From Candidatus Woesearchaeota archaeon (GTDB lineage: Archaea; Nanobdellota; Nanobdellia; Woesearchaeales; JAAOYA01), in assembly GCA_018221105.1 (NCBI GenBank), contig JAAOYA010000008.1:192648-256647 (forward strand): a stretch of DNA of 64,000 nucleotides, read 5' to 3'. The notes below the pieces were generated by a model. The model searched no databases, had not been told where the DNA came from, and saw nothing but the letters and a program-made list of their open reading frames with translations. Below are positions 63,415 to 64,000 of this stretch, piece after piece. The first letter of the stretch is position 1; each line of letters opens with the position of its first letter. A program made the position numbers and the translations under genes.

Positions 63415-64000
63415 ATGATAATTAAAATTTTACGATTTGTTGACACGTACTTATTGGTAGTTGCAGTACTATTTTTTGGATTCTTTAACAAATTATTTTT
63501 TGCCAAAAAAACTTCGAAAAAAAATATTTTGATTATTAAACTATGGGCTTTAGGTGATTCAATAGTGTTACTGCCAACAATCAAAGCATTAAAAAATAGT
63601 TTTCCAAAGTCAAAAATTGATGTATTAGTTCGAAAGCGCAATAGAGATGTGTTCGAAGGACAAAAAAGTGTTAATAACATAATAGATTTTGGTTTTTTTT
63701 CAACTATTAAGCTTTTTAGAAATTATGATTTGTGCATTGACGCTGAACCATACCTTAACAGTTCTGCATTGATTAGTTTTTTTAGTGCTCGCCAAAAAAT
63801 TGGTTTTAGCCATGGTCTTAGAAGTTTATTGTATAATAAAAAAGTGCTTTTTGATAAAAAAAATCATATGATACTAAATTATTTTAACATGGCAAAAATG
63901 GCAGGTGCTAAAACCTCACCTTACAAGCTTGAAAAATTGTATTATAGTCCAAAAGATAAAAAAATAGTTGATTTGATGCTAGAAAAAGTCGGTTTTAAAG
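63415..64000 (+). CDS. GT9-family glycosyltransferase (heptosyltransferase-like), truncated by window end
   Basis: ILIIKLWALGDSIVLLPTIKALKNSFPKSKIDVLV closely follows the RfaF/RfaC N-terminal pattern (I.RLSALGD.I...P...L). The ORF runs off the window end. Confidence 0.5.
   Translation, partial: MIIKILRFVDTYLLVVAVLFFGFFNKLFFAKKTSKKNILIIKLWALGDSIVLLPTIKALKNSFPKSKIDVLVRKRNRDVFEGQKSVNNIIDFGFFSTIKLFRNYDLCIDAEPYLNSSALISFFSARQKIGFSHGLRSLLYNKKVLFDKKNHMILNYFNMAKMAGAKTSPYKLEKLYYSPKDKKIVDLMLEKVGFK

Overview
AT-rich (roughly one-third G+C by eye) archaeal chromosomal segment. The archaeal translation and RNA-processing genes, class III (archaeal pilin) signal peptides, AglB, and short lysine/asparagine-rich proteins suggest a small-genome DPANN-type archaeon (inference). 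About 65 protein-coding genes: (i) 1-16.4 kb: core information-processing genes (TYW1 fragment at the left edge, radical-SAM activase, Tmk, dCMP deaminase, DUF167, TFS, signal peptidase, NMD3-like, RtcA, Zn-ribbon + aEF-1beta, Trm1, aIF5B, Nip7-like and PUA proteins, the conserved S27e-aIF2alpha-Nop10 cluster, PIMT, class II aldolase). (ii) 16.4-22.3 kb: a defence-type island, consisting of an MmeI/Eco57I-like type IIG restriction-modification enzyme translationally coupled (ATGA overlap) to a TM0106-family Cas4-like + RNase-H-like nuclease, followed by a PRTase + DprA-like gene pair (ShosTA-like, or ComFC/DprA-like). (iii) 22.5-29.7 kb: PfkB kinase, orphan NurA-like protein, CaCA antiporter, topoisomerase I, exported Lon-like S16 peptidase. 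(iv) 29.8-41.7 kb: an archaeal type IV pilus (Tad-like) locus with a PLD-family lipoprotein, seven class-III-signal-peptide proteins, a coiled-coil protein, the secretion ATPase, a membrane platform split into TadB-like and TadC-like halves, two major pilins and a Memo-like protein. (v) 41.7-49.5 kb: a minus-strand operon of cell-surface proteins including a 1041-aa PKD-repeat protein. (vi) 49.6-64 kb: an N-glycosylation / lipid-linked glycan cluster (GGR, AglB, two GT-C-like membrane proteins, MTase, two DUF362 proteins, FAD oxidoreductase, GT2, UbiA prenyltransferase, GT9). No rRNA, tRNA or CRISPR array was recognised by eye. The most promising candidate for an undescribed system is the type IIG RM + TM0106 nuclease + PRTase/DprA island at 16386-22258.
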